Part shown: piece by piece, positions 1 to 13,261 of the stretch | How the letters are laid out: the number at the start of each line of letters is the position of its first letter | How positions within the stretch are numbered: the stretch's first letter is position 1 | DNA from: Tubulanus polymorphus | Taxonomy: Eukaryota; Animalia; Nemertea | Assembly (NCBI RefSeq): GCF_964204645.1 | Contig: NC_134029.1 | Location: 12,426,850-12,490,849 of the forward strand | Length of the DNA: 64,000 nucleotides | Reading direction: 5' to 3' | Translations under genes and position numbers: made by a program | Notes under the pieces: generated by a model | Databases searched by the model: none | Seen by the model: the letters and a program-made list of their open reading frames with translations, nothing else | What the model was told of the DNA's origin: nothing

Positions 1-585
1 GGTTGGGTTTATTTTATTTTAGAAAATAGTGAAGGTTTTACTAAAGCTGGTATACAAAGAATAAATCAATCAATTAGAACTTATTTGATTTGCATATTAT
101 GATCACAGGTTGAAACAAGATCCCCAATAATTGGAAATTCAAATACATCATTTGATACACAAAAACAAGTATTATTTGAAGATTCCATTTATAATGATGT
201 AAATAGATCAATTCCAGAAAATATAGTAAGATATCAAAATTATTTAGATAAATCTCATGTAAGATTAAATTATTGTATAGGACCCAATTTATTAATTATT
301 TCTGATGATTTAATATTAAAGATGGAAAATATAATTGGTTATAATAATCTAATTAAAACCGCAACAATGAATAATAAGTTTGGATTAAATGATATAAATA
401 AAAAGATTATCACTGCTCCAAAATTAATGGAAGGTGAAAAAAATTAAAAAACATATTCAATCAACAGAAACTAAAACTAAGAATATTAGATTGGATAATG
501 ATTCTAAAATAAAAGATTACAATACTACAGAAAATATAAAAACTGATATTATTCAACATGAAATAATTAAAACTAAATATACCTG
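1..585 (+). pseudogene. Decayed AT-rich ORF fragment, possibly a Polinton/Maverick-associated uncharacterised protein; truncated by the window edge and by the repeat at ~585
   Basis: Frame 1 reads GWVYFILENSEGFTKAGIQRINQSIRTYLICIL*SQVETRSPIIGNSNTSFDTQKQVLFEDSI...RYQNYL...IIGYNNLIKTAT. There is one TGA at 100-102 and an apparent frameshift near 440-447. The Polinton link is recalled similarity only. Confidence 0.4.
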
Positions 586-944
586 CAAAGCAGCGATAAC
601 AGGTTTTCTGCACAGTCTTAGAATCCTGTTCAACGGTGGATTTCGACATAGCATTTGATAATGCACAACATCAGCCATTACTAACTAAACAGGCTATTAG
701 GAAACAGTATCAATGACAGGTCGCCCAAATGGCTCAGCAGTTATCTCTGAACGAAAACTTGTAGCCGAAATCAACGGAACGCCTCATTTTGGAATGAGTC
801 GGTCTAACGCAAGGTAGTATCCTAAGTCGTCTTCTGTTCAATGTCCTGACAAATGACATACACAGTAATCCAAAATATACCAGACCGAGTAAATTTCCAA
901 AACGACCTTAACACACTGTTCGACCAAAAAACTTAATGTTCCGA

Positions 945-3900
945 CAAAACCACGGGGACAAAACCAAAATTATGAATTGTCGCGGGTGACAAAACCAAAA
1001 TATTGAATTGTCACGGGCGACAAAACAAAAATAATGAATTGTCGCGGGCGATAAAACCAAAATAATGAATTGTAGCGGGCGATAAAACCACAATAATGAA
1101 TTGTCGCGGACGTTAAAACCAAAATATTGAATTGTCGCGGCGATAAAACCAAAATAATGAATTGTCGCGGACGACAAAAACAAAATATTGAATTGTTGCG
1201 TGCGACAAAACCAGAATAATGAATTGTCGCGGGAGACAAAACCAAACTAGGGGTCCAGGGACACCATGCTCACTTGGGAAGTGGTTTCAAATGCTCTACA
1301 ATCTAACAATTCCAATACTTAACGCCCTCTAGTGACCATATACAAAAACCAATGACCTTGAAACCCACCACAATCATAGAACATGTGAGCAGCTATGATT
1401 TTGTAATTGATTGTGATAACAAAATATGCCTCGTTACCAATTTAATATGGAAATACTAAGTTATTCTACTATTCAACGCCCCCTGGTGACCATATGCAAA
1501 ACCCAATGGCCTTAAAACTCACCACAATCGTAGTACATGTCATGAAATACAACTTTGCAATTGATCATAGTAACAAAATATGCCTAGGTACCAATCTAAT
1601 AAGGAAATACTAAGCCATTCTACTATTCAACGCCCCCTGGTGACTATATGGAATAACTAATGTCCTTAAAAACTCACCACAATCATAGACGATGTCATGA
1701 TCTACAACTTTGCAATGGATCATGGTAACAAACTATGCCTAGGTACCAATCTAATAAGGAAAAACTAAGCTTTTCTACTATTCAACGCCCCGTGGTGACT
1801 ATATGGAATAACTAATGTCCTTGAAAACTCACCACAATCATAGACGATGTCATGAACTACAACTTTGCAATGGATCATGGTAACAAAATATGCCTTGGTA
1901 CAAATATAATATAGCAATACTAAGTTATTGTATAATTCAACGCCCCCTGATGGCCACATGCTAAAACTAATGACCTTGAAACTCACTAAAATCATAGAAC
2001 ACGTTATGGGCTACAACTTTCCAATTGAATATAGTAACACAATATGCTTAGGTATCAATTTAATGTGGAAAAACTTTTTCCCACCTACGAATGAGTACTG
2101 ATGACACCAAGATGGCCGCCAATTGCGTCATAATTGGCTGATCAAAAATATAAATATATCCCAGGTATAAAACATCCCCCTCTAAAGAATACCCATCAGC
2201 AATTGCAATGAGAAATGGAAAACCAGTAGGAAGCTACAGGACCTAGAATTCGGGCCAAAATTGACATTTTTGGGCACTAAAAGGGTCATAGGACGGCCAT
2301 CTTGAGTCAGATCGACCCAATTTTCTTATGCTGATGGGCCTTTGGTAGATTCAAATATAAACGAAAGATCAAGGTAATTGATCAAAGCGTCTTCAAAATT
2401 TCCCAAGAAAACTTCGAAAATGTTTAAAAAGTGCTGATTTTGGCAAACAACAATGATTGCCAGTCGGCCATCTTGAATCTGAAAGGGCCAGTTTTTGGGC
2501 TGACGATGTGTCTAGGGTAGATACATGTATAAACCAAATATCAAGACATTACCTTGAAGCGTCTTCAAAACTTCCAAAAATAACTGGATTCCGTCTATGG
2601 ACGGACGGACGAAAAATGAACACAATAGCCCGCTGGGACTTAAGTCCCAAGTGGACTGAAAAAGAATTGTCGCGGGCGATAAAACCAAACTAATGAATTG
2701 TCGCGGGTGATAAAACCAAAATATTGAATTGTCGCGGGCGACAAAATCAAAAAAAAAATTGTCGCGGGCGACAAAAACAAAGTATAAAACCAAAATAATG
2801 AATTGTCGCGGGCGTCAAAACCAAAAACAAGAATTGTCGCAGGCGACAAAACCAAAATAATGAATTGTCACTGGAGATAAAACCAAAGTAATGAATTGTC
2901 GTGGGCGATAAAACCAAAATATTGAATTGTCGCGGGCGATAAAACCAAAATATTGAATTGTCGCGGGCGACAAAACCAAACTAATTAATTGCCGCGGGCG
3001 ACAAAACCAAAATAATGAATTGTCGCGGGTGATAAAACTAAAATAATGAATTGTCTCGGGCGACAAAACCAAAATAATGAATTGTCGCGGGCGATAAAAC
3101 CAAAATAATGAATTATCGCGGGCGATAAAACCAAAATATTGAATTGTCGCGGGCGATAAAAACAAAATAATGAATGTCGCGGGCGACAAAACCAAAATAT
3201 TGAATTGTCGCGGGCGACAAAACCAAACTAATGAATTGTCGCGGGTGATAAAACCTAACTAATGAATTGTCGCGGGCGATAAAACAAAAATATTGAATTG
3301 TCACGGGCGATAAAACCAAAATAATGAATTGTCTCGGGCGATAAAACCAAAATAATGAATTGTCGCGGGCGACAAAACCAAAATATTGAATTGTCGCGGG
3401 CGACAAAACCAAAAAAAATTGTCGCGGGCGACAAAAACAAAGTATAAAACCAAAATAATGAATTGTCGCGGTCGTCAAAACCAAAAACAAGAATTGTCGC
3501 GGGCGACAAAACAAAAATAATGAATTGTCGCTGGAGATAAAACCAAAGTAATGAATTGTTGTGGGCGATAAAACCAAAATATTGAATTGTCGCGGGCGAC
3601 AAAACCAAACTAATGAATTGTCGCAGGCGACAAAACCAAAATAATGAATTGTCGCGGGCGACAAAAGCAAAATGGTGAATTGTCCAGGCGACAAAACCAA
3701 AATGGTGAATTGTCGCGGGTGACAAAACCAAAATAATGAATTGTCGCGGGCGATAAAACCAAAATAATGAATCGTCGCGGGCGACAAAACCAAAAAAAAA
3801 ATTGTCGCGGGCGACAAAAACAAAATATAAAACCAAAATAATGAATTGTCGCGGGCGACAAAACCAAAAGAAGAATTGTCGCGGGCGACAAAACCAAAAT

Positions 3901-4362
3901 AATGAATTGTCGCTGGAGATAAAACCAAAGCAATGAATTGTTGTGGGCGATAAACCAAAATATTGAATTGTCGCGGGCGACAAAACCAAACTAATGAATT
4001 GTCGCGGGCGATAAAACCAAAATAATGAATTATCGCGGGCGACAAAACCAAAATATTGAATTGTCGCGGGCAACAAAACCAAAAAAAAATTGTCGCGGCG
4101 ACAAAACCAAAATAATGAATTGTCGCAGCCGACAAAACCAAAATGGTGAATTGTCCAGGCAACAAAACCAAAATGGTGAATTGTGGCGGGCGAAAAACCA
4201 AAATAATGAATTATCGCGGGCGATAAAACCAAAATAATGAATTGTCGCGGGCGACAAAATCAAAATCATTGTTTTCTCGCGTTATTTTAGTTTTGTCGTT
4301 TTGTCGTAATGTCGCCCTCATTTGCATATTCGTGTTTTTTTTAAATCTTATCAGCCACCATA
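945..4362. repeat. 31-bp minisatellite array A (AAAACCAAAATAATGAATTGTCGCGGGCGAY), split by a Helentron-like insertion and ending in a TIR-like terminus ...CAGCCACCATA
   Basis: Tandem units at 945-1246 and 2660-4267, then a conserved ~95-bp tail to 4362. Confidence 0.95.
1247..2659. mobile_element. Non-autonomous Helentron/HINE-like element with ~155-bp internal tandem repeats
   Basis: Starts (aaa)CTAGGGGTCC. About five internal repeats start at 1320, 1473, 1628, 1783 and 1938. It has a GGAC microsatellite and a terminal hairpin CTGGGACT-TA-AGTCCCAAG followed by an A-run. No TSD; inserted in an A-tract. Confidence 0.7.
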
Positions 4363-5379
4363 CTAAAGCCTTAAGGTCGTGTAAAACTCGATAAACACTT
4401 CAAGCGACACAGCGAACGATCTCCTTTCCCCCACAGCGAACGCTTACTCCGAATGTCAAGTGTGAGTCCAGCATACGGATACGAGTGTGTTTTATACTTG
4501 TATTTAGTAAATACCTTGTGGATTTGACAATGATCGGTATGTACTGTAGGAAATATAGAGCATTGATGGTATTGATATGGAGGCCCGCGGCCGAATAAAG
4601 TAATATATTCTTTTATTTTGATACCTCGTCGACATAACAGCTTTTCTCCGCTATATCTCTTCGGCGTGTTTAGTTTAGGCCTACGACTCCCCGGTACACT
4701 TATGATTTATCTTTGTAAAAACACGGTAAATTTGGTAAAGAAAAATAGGTATTGCTAAATTAACTGCTTGACGCCCTCAGCCATATCACTGGTAGTAATA
4801 AATTAATTTGTACTCGATTTGATTCTCAGAATGAGGAGAAACTCGCAGCTGATTCCCGGAACGACGATGTAGTGACACACGTCGATTTGTCGATGTTTAC
4901 GGCTCGACAGTGCTTTTAAAATCTAAAGTAGTAAATTTCCTGTGTATTGGTATTATAATTTGATGAGGAAAATGGGTTATTGTTAAAATTAGTTTTTAAA
5001 AACCGCGACAGAATGTGCAATCTTTCGGTAATAAATTTGTTAATTTATGCTTGAATTGATAATCGATGTGACAAGAAACGTGCGGTAGATTTCGGAAAGA
5101 CGACTTAGAAAAACATGTCGGCTCGTTGAATGGGGCTCAATTTTCGATGTTTACGGCCCGACAGTGCTTTTGTAACGTTGATTCTTAAAAATTCGCACGG
5201 AGTATTTGTAGATCGAAGTGAGCTGAATGATATCAAACGGATCGTATCGGCAACAGCGGTAATGTAAAAAAGCCTATGTACTTTTGACAAAAAATGTGTG
5301 GAAAAAAATAATAATAGATATAGCTGCAAAGCAGCGATAACGGGTTTTCTGCACAGTCTTTGAATCCTGTTCAATGGTT

Positions 5380-5710
5380 AACACAGTTTTATAAGAGGAA
5401 GCTCGACAAACAGTCAATTAGACCTTCTTGAAACCATGGACAACTGGACTTGATGTCCTATTTGACTCTGGAAAATCGACTGTTAGGCGATAATTACCCT
5501 TTATGATTTCGACAAAGCATTTGATAAGGTACAACATCAGCCATTACTAAACAAAGCTATTAGGAAACAGTATCAATGATAGGTTGCCGAAATGGCTCAG
5601 CATTATATCTGAACGAAAACTTGTAGCCAAAATCAACGGAACGCCTCATCTTGGAATAAATCGGTCTAACTAGTGGAGTCACGCAAGGTAGTATCCTAAG
5701 TCGTCTTCTA
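5380..5710 (+). pseudogene. Decayed CR1/L2-type LINE reverse-transcriptase fragment inside the composite repeat (other copies at ~640-835, 7890-8095, 14560-14890, 17290-17490, 56750-56955, 60860-61060)
   Basis: Frameshifted motifs HSFIRGSSTNSQL...ETMDNWT, YDFDKAFDKVQHQPLLNK and TSGVTQGSILSRLL correspond to LINE RT motifs HGFxxGRST, DFxKAFDxVxH and SGVPQGSxLGPLL. Confidence 0.75.
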
Positions 5711-6299
5711 ATGTCCTGACAAATGACATACACAGTAATCCAAAATATACCAGACCGAGTAAATTTCCAAAACGACCTTAACACGTTGCTCGACCAAAAA
5801 ACTTAATGATCCGACAAGAAAATCTTGTACGCTTTTTGTTTGAACCAAAACTTTTCTTCATTCTGAAAGCTATGTTATTGTTGAAATGAAAAACTCTTTG
5901 TCCCGGCAAAAAATTTGGTTGAGCGAAAACAATTTTTTCGAACGAATGTTTGAATGAAAACAATTCTGTTCGATTGAACAAAATACTTAATACTTTTGGT
6001 TCGGAGAAAAAACTTTTTACAATATACTTGTTCGAACGAAAAACTTAATGTTCTGACAAGAAAATTCTGTTCAAATTTAAGCGATTCTGTTAGATCGGAC
6101 GATTGTTCAAACGAAAAAACCTTTTGTTTCAACAAAAAAGTTTGTTCAACTTTGTTCTAACGATTTTTTTCAAATTGGTTCAATCGAACAGAATATTATT
6201 GGTTCGAACGAAATAAATTTTGTTCCGTAGAAAGAATTTACAAGCGAAAGGTCTTTTGAACGAGAAAAAAGATATTTCTGGGGCTCCTCAGTAACTCAA

Positions 6300-6627
6300 A
6301 GCCGGACGTAGGTTGGCCTTGTGACGCGATGCGATCCTCGCGTTGCATCGCAAGTTTCGGTGCAAATCGGTTGCGATACGATTGTCAGCGACTGTGTGCG
6401 ACTAGTTTCTGCCAGTCGCAAGAGCACGTAGGTCGGTTGTGACAGTCGTGTCGCGTTGCAGAAAGTAGAACACGTGCGACTCCTTGTCACTGGCGTTGCT
6501 GACAGTCACAACCTGTTGCAAGGGAGCGTAGGTCGATGAGTCGTTGCGACACAATCGTCGCTGGTGGTCGCAGTGAATGGCCTCGCAGTGAGTCACAAGC
6601 CATCGCAAGGCCGACCCACCCCCGGCT
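6300..6627. mobile_element. PIF/Harbinger-like MITE, copy within the composite repeat
   Basis: Homologous to 15486-15810, with more decayed TIRs. Confidence 0.5.
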
Positions 6628-8201
6628 TAGGTCATAGGAATTAAAGAAATACCAGTTTCATTTATGATGAAAAGTCTGGCTTATAAAGCTGTCTGCTCAG
6701 ACGAAATTTTCAAAAAATCTTCATTTTTGTCAATAAAATTGATAATTGTGATTGATCGTTACAAGTCAGAACCAGTAAATCACTAATTAACATGCACTTT
6801 AATAAATCTGATTCCTCCTTTACAGTGAACTTAGCTTTTACCTAGTAGAGGCTACTAGCCTATGTAGGCCTATGTATATGCGTAGGCCTAACATCCGGAC
6901 AGATTGGTCGTGGGCCTATTGAATAACAACCCTCCTAAATGTCGAAAATTTTGTTTTGAAGTTCAATCCAATGAGTCCGTTAATAAACGCAACAATTATA
7001 CTGTGTTTGTTTGAGACAGTAAAGCTCAATACCGGTAGGCCTAAAGCCACGTAAAACTCGATAAACACTTCAAGCGACACAGCGAACGATCTCCTTTCCC
7101 CCACAGCGAACGCTTACTCCAAATTTCAAGTGTGACTCCAGCATACGGACAGGAGTGTGTTATATACTTGTATTTAGTAAATACCTTGTGCATTTGACAA
7201 TGATCGGTATGTACTGTAGGAAATATAGAGTATTGATGGTATTGATATAGAGGTTGAAGCCCGCGGCCGAATAAAGTAATGTATTATTTTATTTTGATAC
7301 CTCGTCGACATAACAGCTTTTCTCCGCTATATCTCTTCGGCGTGTATACTTTAGGCCTACGACTCCCCGGTACACTCATGATTTATCTTAGTAAATACAC
7401 GGTTAATTTGGAAAAGAAAAATAGGTATTGCTAAATTAACTGCTTAACGCCCGCAGCCAAATCACTGGTAGTAATAAATTAATTTGTACTCGATTTGATT
7501 CTCAGCCCCGGAACGACGATGTAGTGACACACGTCGATTTGTCGATGTTTGCGGCTCGACAGTGCCTTTAAAATCTAAAGTAGTAAATTTCCTGTGTATC
7601 AGTAATATAATTTGATGAGGAAAATGGGTTACTGTTAAAATTAGTTTTTTTTAGACCGCGACAGAATGTGCAATCTTTCGGTAATAAATTTGTTAATTTA
7701 TGCTTGAATTGATAATCGATGTGACAAGAAACTCGCGGTAGATTTCGGAAAGACGACTTAGAAAAACATGTCGGCTCTTTGAATGGGGCTCAATTTTCGA
7801 TGTGGAAAAAAAAATAATAATAATAATAAATATAGCTGCAAAGCAGCGATAACGGGTTTTCTGCACAGTCTTAGAATCCTATTCAACGGTGGATTTCAAC
7901 AAAGCATTTGATAAGGCTCAACATCAGCCATTACTAAACAGGCTATTAGGAAACAGTATCAATGATAGGTCGCCCAAATGGCTCAGCAGTTATCTCTGAA
8001 CGGAAACTTGTAACCAAAATCAACGGAACGCCTCATCTTGGAATGAGACGGTCTAACTAGTGGAGTAACGCAAGTTAGTATCCTACGTCGTCTTCTGTTT
8101 AATGTCCTGACAAATGACATACACAGTAATCCAAAATATACCAGACCGAGTAAATTTCCAAAACGACCTTAACACACTGTTCGACCAAAAAACTTAATGT
8201 T

Positions 8202-11200
8202 CCGACAAAACCACGGGCGACAAAACCAAAATATTGAATTGTCACGGGCGATAAAACCAAAATAATGAATTTTCGCGGGCGATAAAACCACAATAATGAA
8301 TTGTCGCGGGCGTTAAAACCAAAATATTGAATTTTCGCGGGCGATAAAACCAAAATAATGAATTGTCGCGGACGGCAAAAACAAAATATTGAATTGTTGC
8401 GTGCGACAAAACCAAAATAATGAATTGTCGGGGGCGACAAAACCAAACTAGGGGTCCAGGGACACCATGCTCACTTGGGAAATGGTTTCAAATGCTCAAC
8501 AATCTAACAATTCCAATACTTAACGCCCTCTAGTGACCATATACAAAAACCAATGACCTTGAAACCCACCACAATCATAGAACATGTGAGCAGCTTTGAT
8601 TTTGTAATCGATTGTGATAACAAAATATGCCTCGTTACCAATTTAATATGGAAAACTAAGTTATTCTACTATTCAACGCCCCCTGGTGACCATATGCAAA
8701 ACCCAATGACCTTAAAACTCACCACAATCGTAGTACATGTCATGAAATACAACTTTGCAATTGACCATAGTAACAAAATATGCCTAGGTATCAATCTAAT
8801 AAGGAAATACTAAGCCGTTCTACTATTCAGCGCCTCCTGGTGACTATATGGAATAACTAATGTCCTTAAAAGCTCACCACAATCATAGACGATGTCATGA
8901 ACTACAACTTTGCAATGGATCATGGTAACAAACTATGCCTAGGTACCAATCTAATAAGGAAAAACTAAGCTTTTCAACTATTCAACGCCCCCTGGTGTCT
9001 ATATGGAATAACAAATGTCCTTAAAAACTCACCACAATCATAGAAGATGTCATGAACTACAACTTTGCAATTGATCATGGTAACAAAATATGCCTTGGTA
9101 CAAATATAATATAGCGTTACTAAGTTATTGTATTATTCAACGCCCCCTGATGGCCACATACAAAAACCAATGACCTTGAAACTCACGAAAATCATAGAAC
9201 ACGTTATGGGCTACAACTTTCCAATTGAATATAGTAACACAATATGCTTAGGTATCAATTTAATGTGGAAAAACATTTTCCCACCTACGAATGAGTACTG
9301 ATGACACCAAGATGGCCGCCAATTGCGTCATAATTGGCTGATCAAAAATACCTGTCCCAGGTATAAAACATCAGCAATTGCAATGAGAAATGGCAAACCA
9401 AATTGACATTTTTCGGCACTAAAAAGGTCATAGGACGCCATCTTGAGTCAGATCGACCCAATTTTCTTATGCTGATGGGCCTTTGGTAGATTCAAATATA
9501 AACGAAAGATCAAGGTAATTGATCAAAGCGTCTTCAAAATTTCCCACGAAAACTTCGAAAATGTTTAAAAAGTGCTGATTTTGGCAAACAACAATGGCTG
9601 CCAGTCGACCATCTTGAATCTGACAAGGCCAGTTTTTGGGATGTGTCTAGGGTAGATACATGTATAAACCAAATATCAAGACATTACCTTGAAGCGTCTT
9701 CAAAACTTCCCGAAATAACTGGATTCCGTCTATGGATGGACGGATGGACGAAAAGTGAACGCAATAGCCCGCTGGGACTAAAGTCCCAAGTGGACTGAAA
9801 AAGAATTGTCACGGGCGACAAAACCAAACTAATGAATTGTCGCGGGTGATAAAATCAAAATATTGAATTGTCACGGGCGACAAAACCAAACTAATGAATG
9901 GTCGGGGGCGATAAAACCAAACTATGAATTGTCGCGGGCGATAAAACAAAAATATTGAATTGTCGCGGGTGATAAAACCAAAATATTGAATTGTCACGGG
10001 CGATAAAACCAAACTATGAATTGTCGCGGGCGATAAAACAAAAATATTGAATTGTCGCGGGCGATAAAACCAAAATAATGAATTGTTTCGGGCGACAAAA
10101 ACAAAATATTGAATTGTCACGTGCGACAAAACCAAAATAATTAATTGTCGCAGGCGACTAAACCAAAAGAAGAATTGTCGCGGGGGACAAAACCAAAATA
10201 TTGAATTGTCACGTGCGACAAAACCAAAGTAATGAATTGTCGCGGGCGAAAAACCAAAATAATCAATTGTTGCGGGCGATAAAACCAAAATAATGAATTC
10301 TCGGGGGCGACAAAACCACAAAAAAAAATTGTCGCGGGTGACAAAAACAAAAGATAAAACCAAAATAATGAATTGTCGCGGGCGACAAAACCAAAATAAT
10401 GAATTGTCCATGGCGATAAAATCAAAGTAATGAATTGTCGTGGGTGATAAAACCAAAATATTGAATTGTCGCGGGCGACAAACCCGAACTAATGAATTGT
10501 CGCAGGCGACAAAACCAAAAGAAGAATTGTCGCGGGGGACAAAACCAAAATATTGAATTGTCACGTGCGACAAAACCAAAATAATGAATTGTTGCGGGCG
10601 AGAAAACCAAAATAATGAATTGTTGCGGGCGATAAAACCAAAATAATGAATTGTCTTGTGCGACAAAACCAAAATAATGAATTGTTGCTGGAGATAAAAC
10701 CAAAGTAATGAATTGTGGCGGGCGATAAAACCAAAATATTGAATTGTCGCGGGAGACAAAACCAAACTAATGAATTGTCACGGGCGACGAAACCAAAAAA
10801 ACGAATTGTCGGGGCGACAAAACCAAAATAATGAATTGTCGCGGGCGACAAAACCAAAATGGTGAATTGTCCAGGGGACAAAACCGAAATGGTGAATTGT
10901 CGTGGGCGACAAAACCAAAATAATGAATTGTCGCGGACGATAAAACCAAAATAATGAATTGTCGCTGGCGATAAAACCAAAATAATGAATTGTCTCGGGC
11001 GATTAAATCAAAATAATGAATTGTCGCGGGCGACAAAACCAAAAAAATAATTGTCGCGGGCGACAATACCAAAATGATGAATTGTCGCTGGAGATAAAAC
11101 CAAAGTAACAAATTGTCGCGGGCGATAAAACCAAAATATTGAATTGTCGCGGGCGACAAAAACAAAATATTGAATTGTCGCGGGCGACAAAAACAAAATA

Positions 11201-13261
11201 TTGAATTGTCGCGGGCGACAAAAACAAAATATTGAATTGTCGCGGGCGACAAAACCAAACTAATGAATTGTCGTGGGCGACAAAACCAAAAAAAAGATTG
11301 TCGCGGGCGACAAAACCAAAATGGTGAATTGTCGCGGGCAACAAAACCAAAAAAAATTGTCGCGGACGTCAAAAACTAAATATTAAAAAAAAATAATGAA
11401 TTGTCTCGGGCGACAAAACCAAAAAGAAGAATTGTCGTGGGCGACAAAACCAAAAAGAAGAATTGTCGCGGGCGACAAAACCAAACTAATGAATTGTCGC
11501 GGGCGACAAAACCAAAAAAAGAATTGTTGCGGGCGACAAAACCGAAAGAAATTGTCGTGGGCGACAAAAACAAAATATAAAACCAAAATAATGAATTGTC
11601 GCGGGCGATAAAATCGTAATAATGAATTGTCGCGGGCGATAAATCCAAAATAATGAATTATTGCGGGCGACAAAACCAAAATAATGAATTATCGCGGGCG
11701 ATAAAACCAAAATATTGAATTGTCGCGGGCGACAAAACCAAAAAAAAAATTGTTGCGGGCGACGAAACCCAAAAAAAATTGTCGCGGGCGACAAAAACAA
11801 AATATAAAACCAAAATAATGAATTGTCGCGGGCGACAAAACTAAAAATAAGGATTGTCGCGGGCGACAGAACCAAAATAATGAATTGTCGCTGGCGATAA
11901 AACCAAAATAATGAATTGTCGCTGGCAATAAAACCAAAAACATTGAATTGTCGCGTGGGACAAAACCAAAATATTGAATTGTCGCGGGCGACAAAACATA
12001 ACTAATGAATTGTCGCGGGCGATAAAACCAAAATAATGAATTGTCGCGGGCGATAAAACCAAAATAATGAATTGTCGCTGGCGATAAAACCAAAATATTG
12101 AATTGTCGCAGGTGATAAAAACAAAACATTGAAGTGACGCAGGCGATAAAACCGGGACAAAAAAATATTGTCGCGGGCGATAAAACCAAAATAATGAATT
12201 GTCGCGGGCGATAAACCCAAAATATTGAATTGTCGTGGGCGACAAAACCAAAATATTGATTTGTCGCGGGTGACAAAACCAAATTAATGAATTGTCGCGG
12301 GCGATAAAACCAAAATAATCAATTGTTCCGGGCGATAAAACCAAAATAATCAATTGTTCCAGGCGACAAAACCAAAATATTGATTTGTCGCAGGTGACAA
12401 AACCAAATTAATGAATTGTCGCGGGCGATAAAACCAAAACAATGAATTGTCGCGGGCGATAAAACCAAAAAATTGAATTGTCGTGGGCGACAAAACCAAA
12501 ATACTGATTTGTCGCGGGTGACAAAACCAAATTAATGAATTTTCGCGGGCGATAAAACCAAAATATTTAATTGTCGCGGGCGATAAAACCAAAATCTTGA
12601 ATTGTCGCGGGCGACAAAACCAAAATATTGAATTGTCGCGGGCGACAAAACCAAACTAATGAATTGTTGCGGGCGATAAAACCAAAATAATGAATTGTCG
12701 CGGGCGATAAAACCGCGACCAAAAAAAAATTGTCGCGGGCGATAAAACCAAAATAATGAATTGTCGCGTGCGACCATACCAAAATAATGAATTGTCGCGG
12801 GCGATAAAACCAAAATAATGAATTGTCGCGGGCGATAAAACCAAAATAATGAATTGTCGCGGGCGATAAAACCGCGACCAAAAAAAAATTGTCGCGGGCG
12901 ATGAAACCAAAATAATGAATTGTCGCGTGCGACCATACCAAAATAATGAATTGTCGCGGGCGATAAAACCAAAATAATGAATTGTCGCGGGCGATAAAAC
13001 CAAAATATTGAATTGTCGTGGGCGACAAAACCAAAATATTGATTTGTCGCGGGTGACAAAACCAAATTAATGAATTGTCGCGGGCGACAAAATCAAAATA
13101 ATGAGTTGTCGCGGGCGATAAAACCGAAATAATGAATTGTCGCGGGCGACAAAACCAAAATTATTGTTTTGTCGCGTTATTTTAGTTTGTCGTTTTGTCA
13201 TAATGTCGCCCTCATTTGCATATACGTGTTTTTTTACGCATGGCCCTTATCAGCCACCATA
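8202..13261. repeat. 31-bp minisatellite array B, with the same Helentron-like insertion and the same ...CAGCCACCATA terminus
   Basis: Units at 8202-8447 and 9797-13162; tail ends GGCCCTTATCAGCCACCATA at 13261. Confidence 0.95.
8448..9796. mobile_element. Second copy of the Helentron/HINE-like element, at the same position as the first (segmental duplicate)
   Basis: Near-identical to 1247-2659 with the same flanks; small internal deletions. Confidence 0.7.

Larger units (their letters stand above)
4363..8201. repeat. ~2.67-kb composite tandem repeat (macrosatellite-like), about 1.5 units
   Basis: The marker AAACTCGAT(A/T)AACACTT(C/A)AAGCGACACAGCG recurs at ~4382, 7052, 13281, 13562, 16234, 29506 and 59763. 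The spacings 4382-7052 and 13562-16234 are both ~2670 bp. Confidence 0.85.

Noticed and set aside
9797-13162. Palindromic ~31-bp repeats as a CRISPR array
   Set aside because: Units are head-to-tail with no unique spacers, no cas genes, and the context is eukaryotic.
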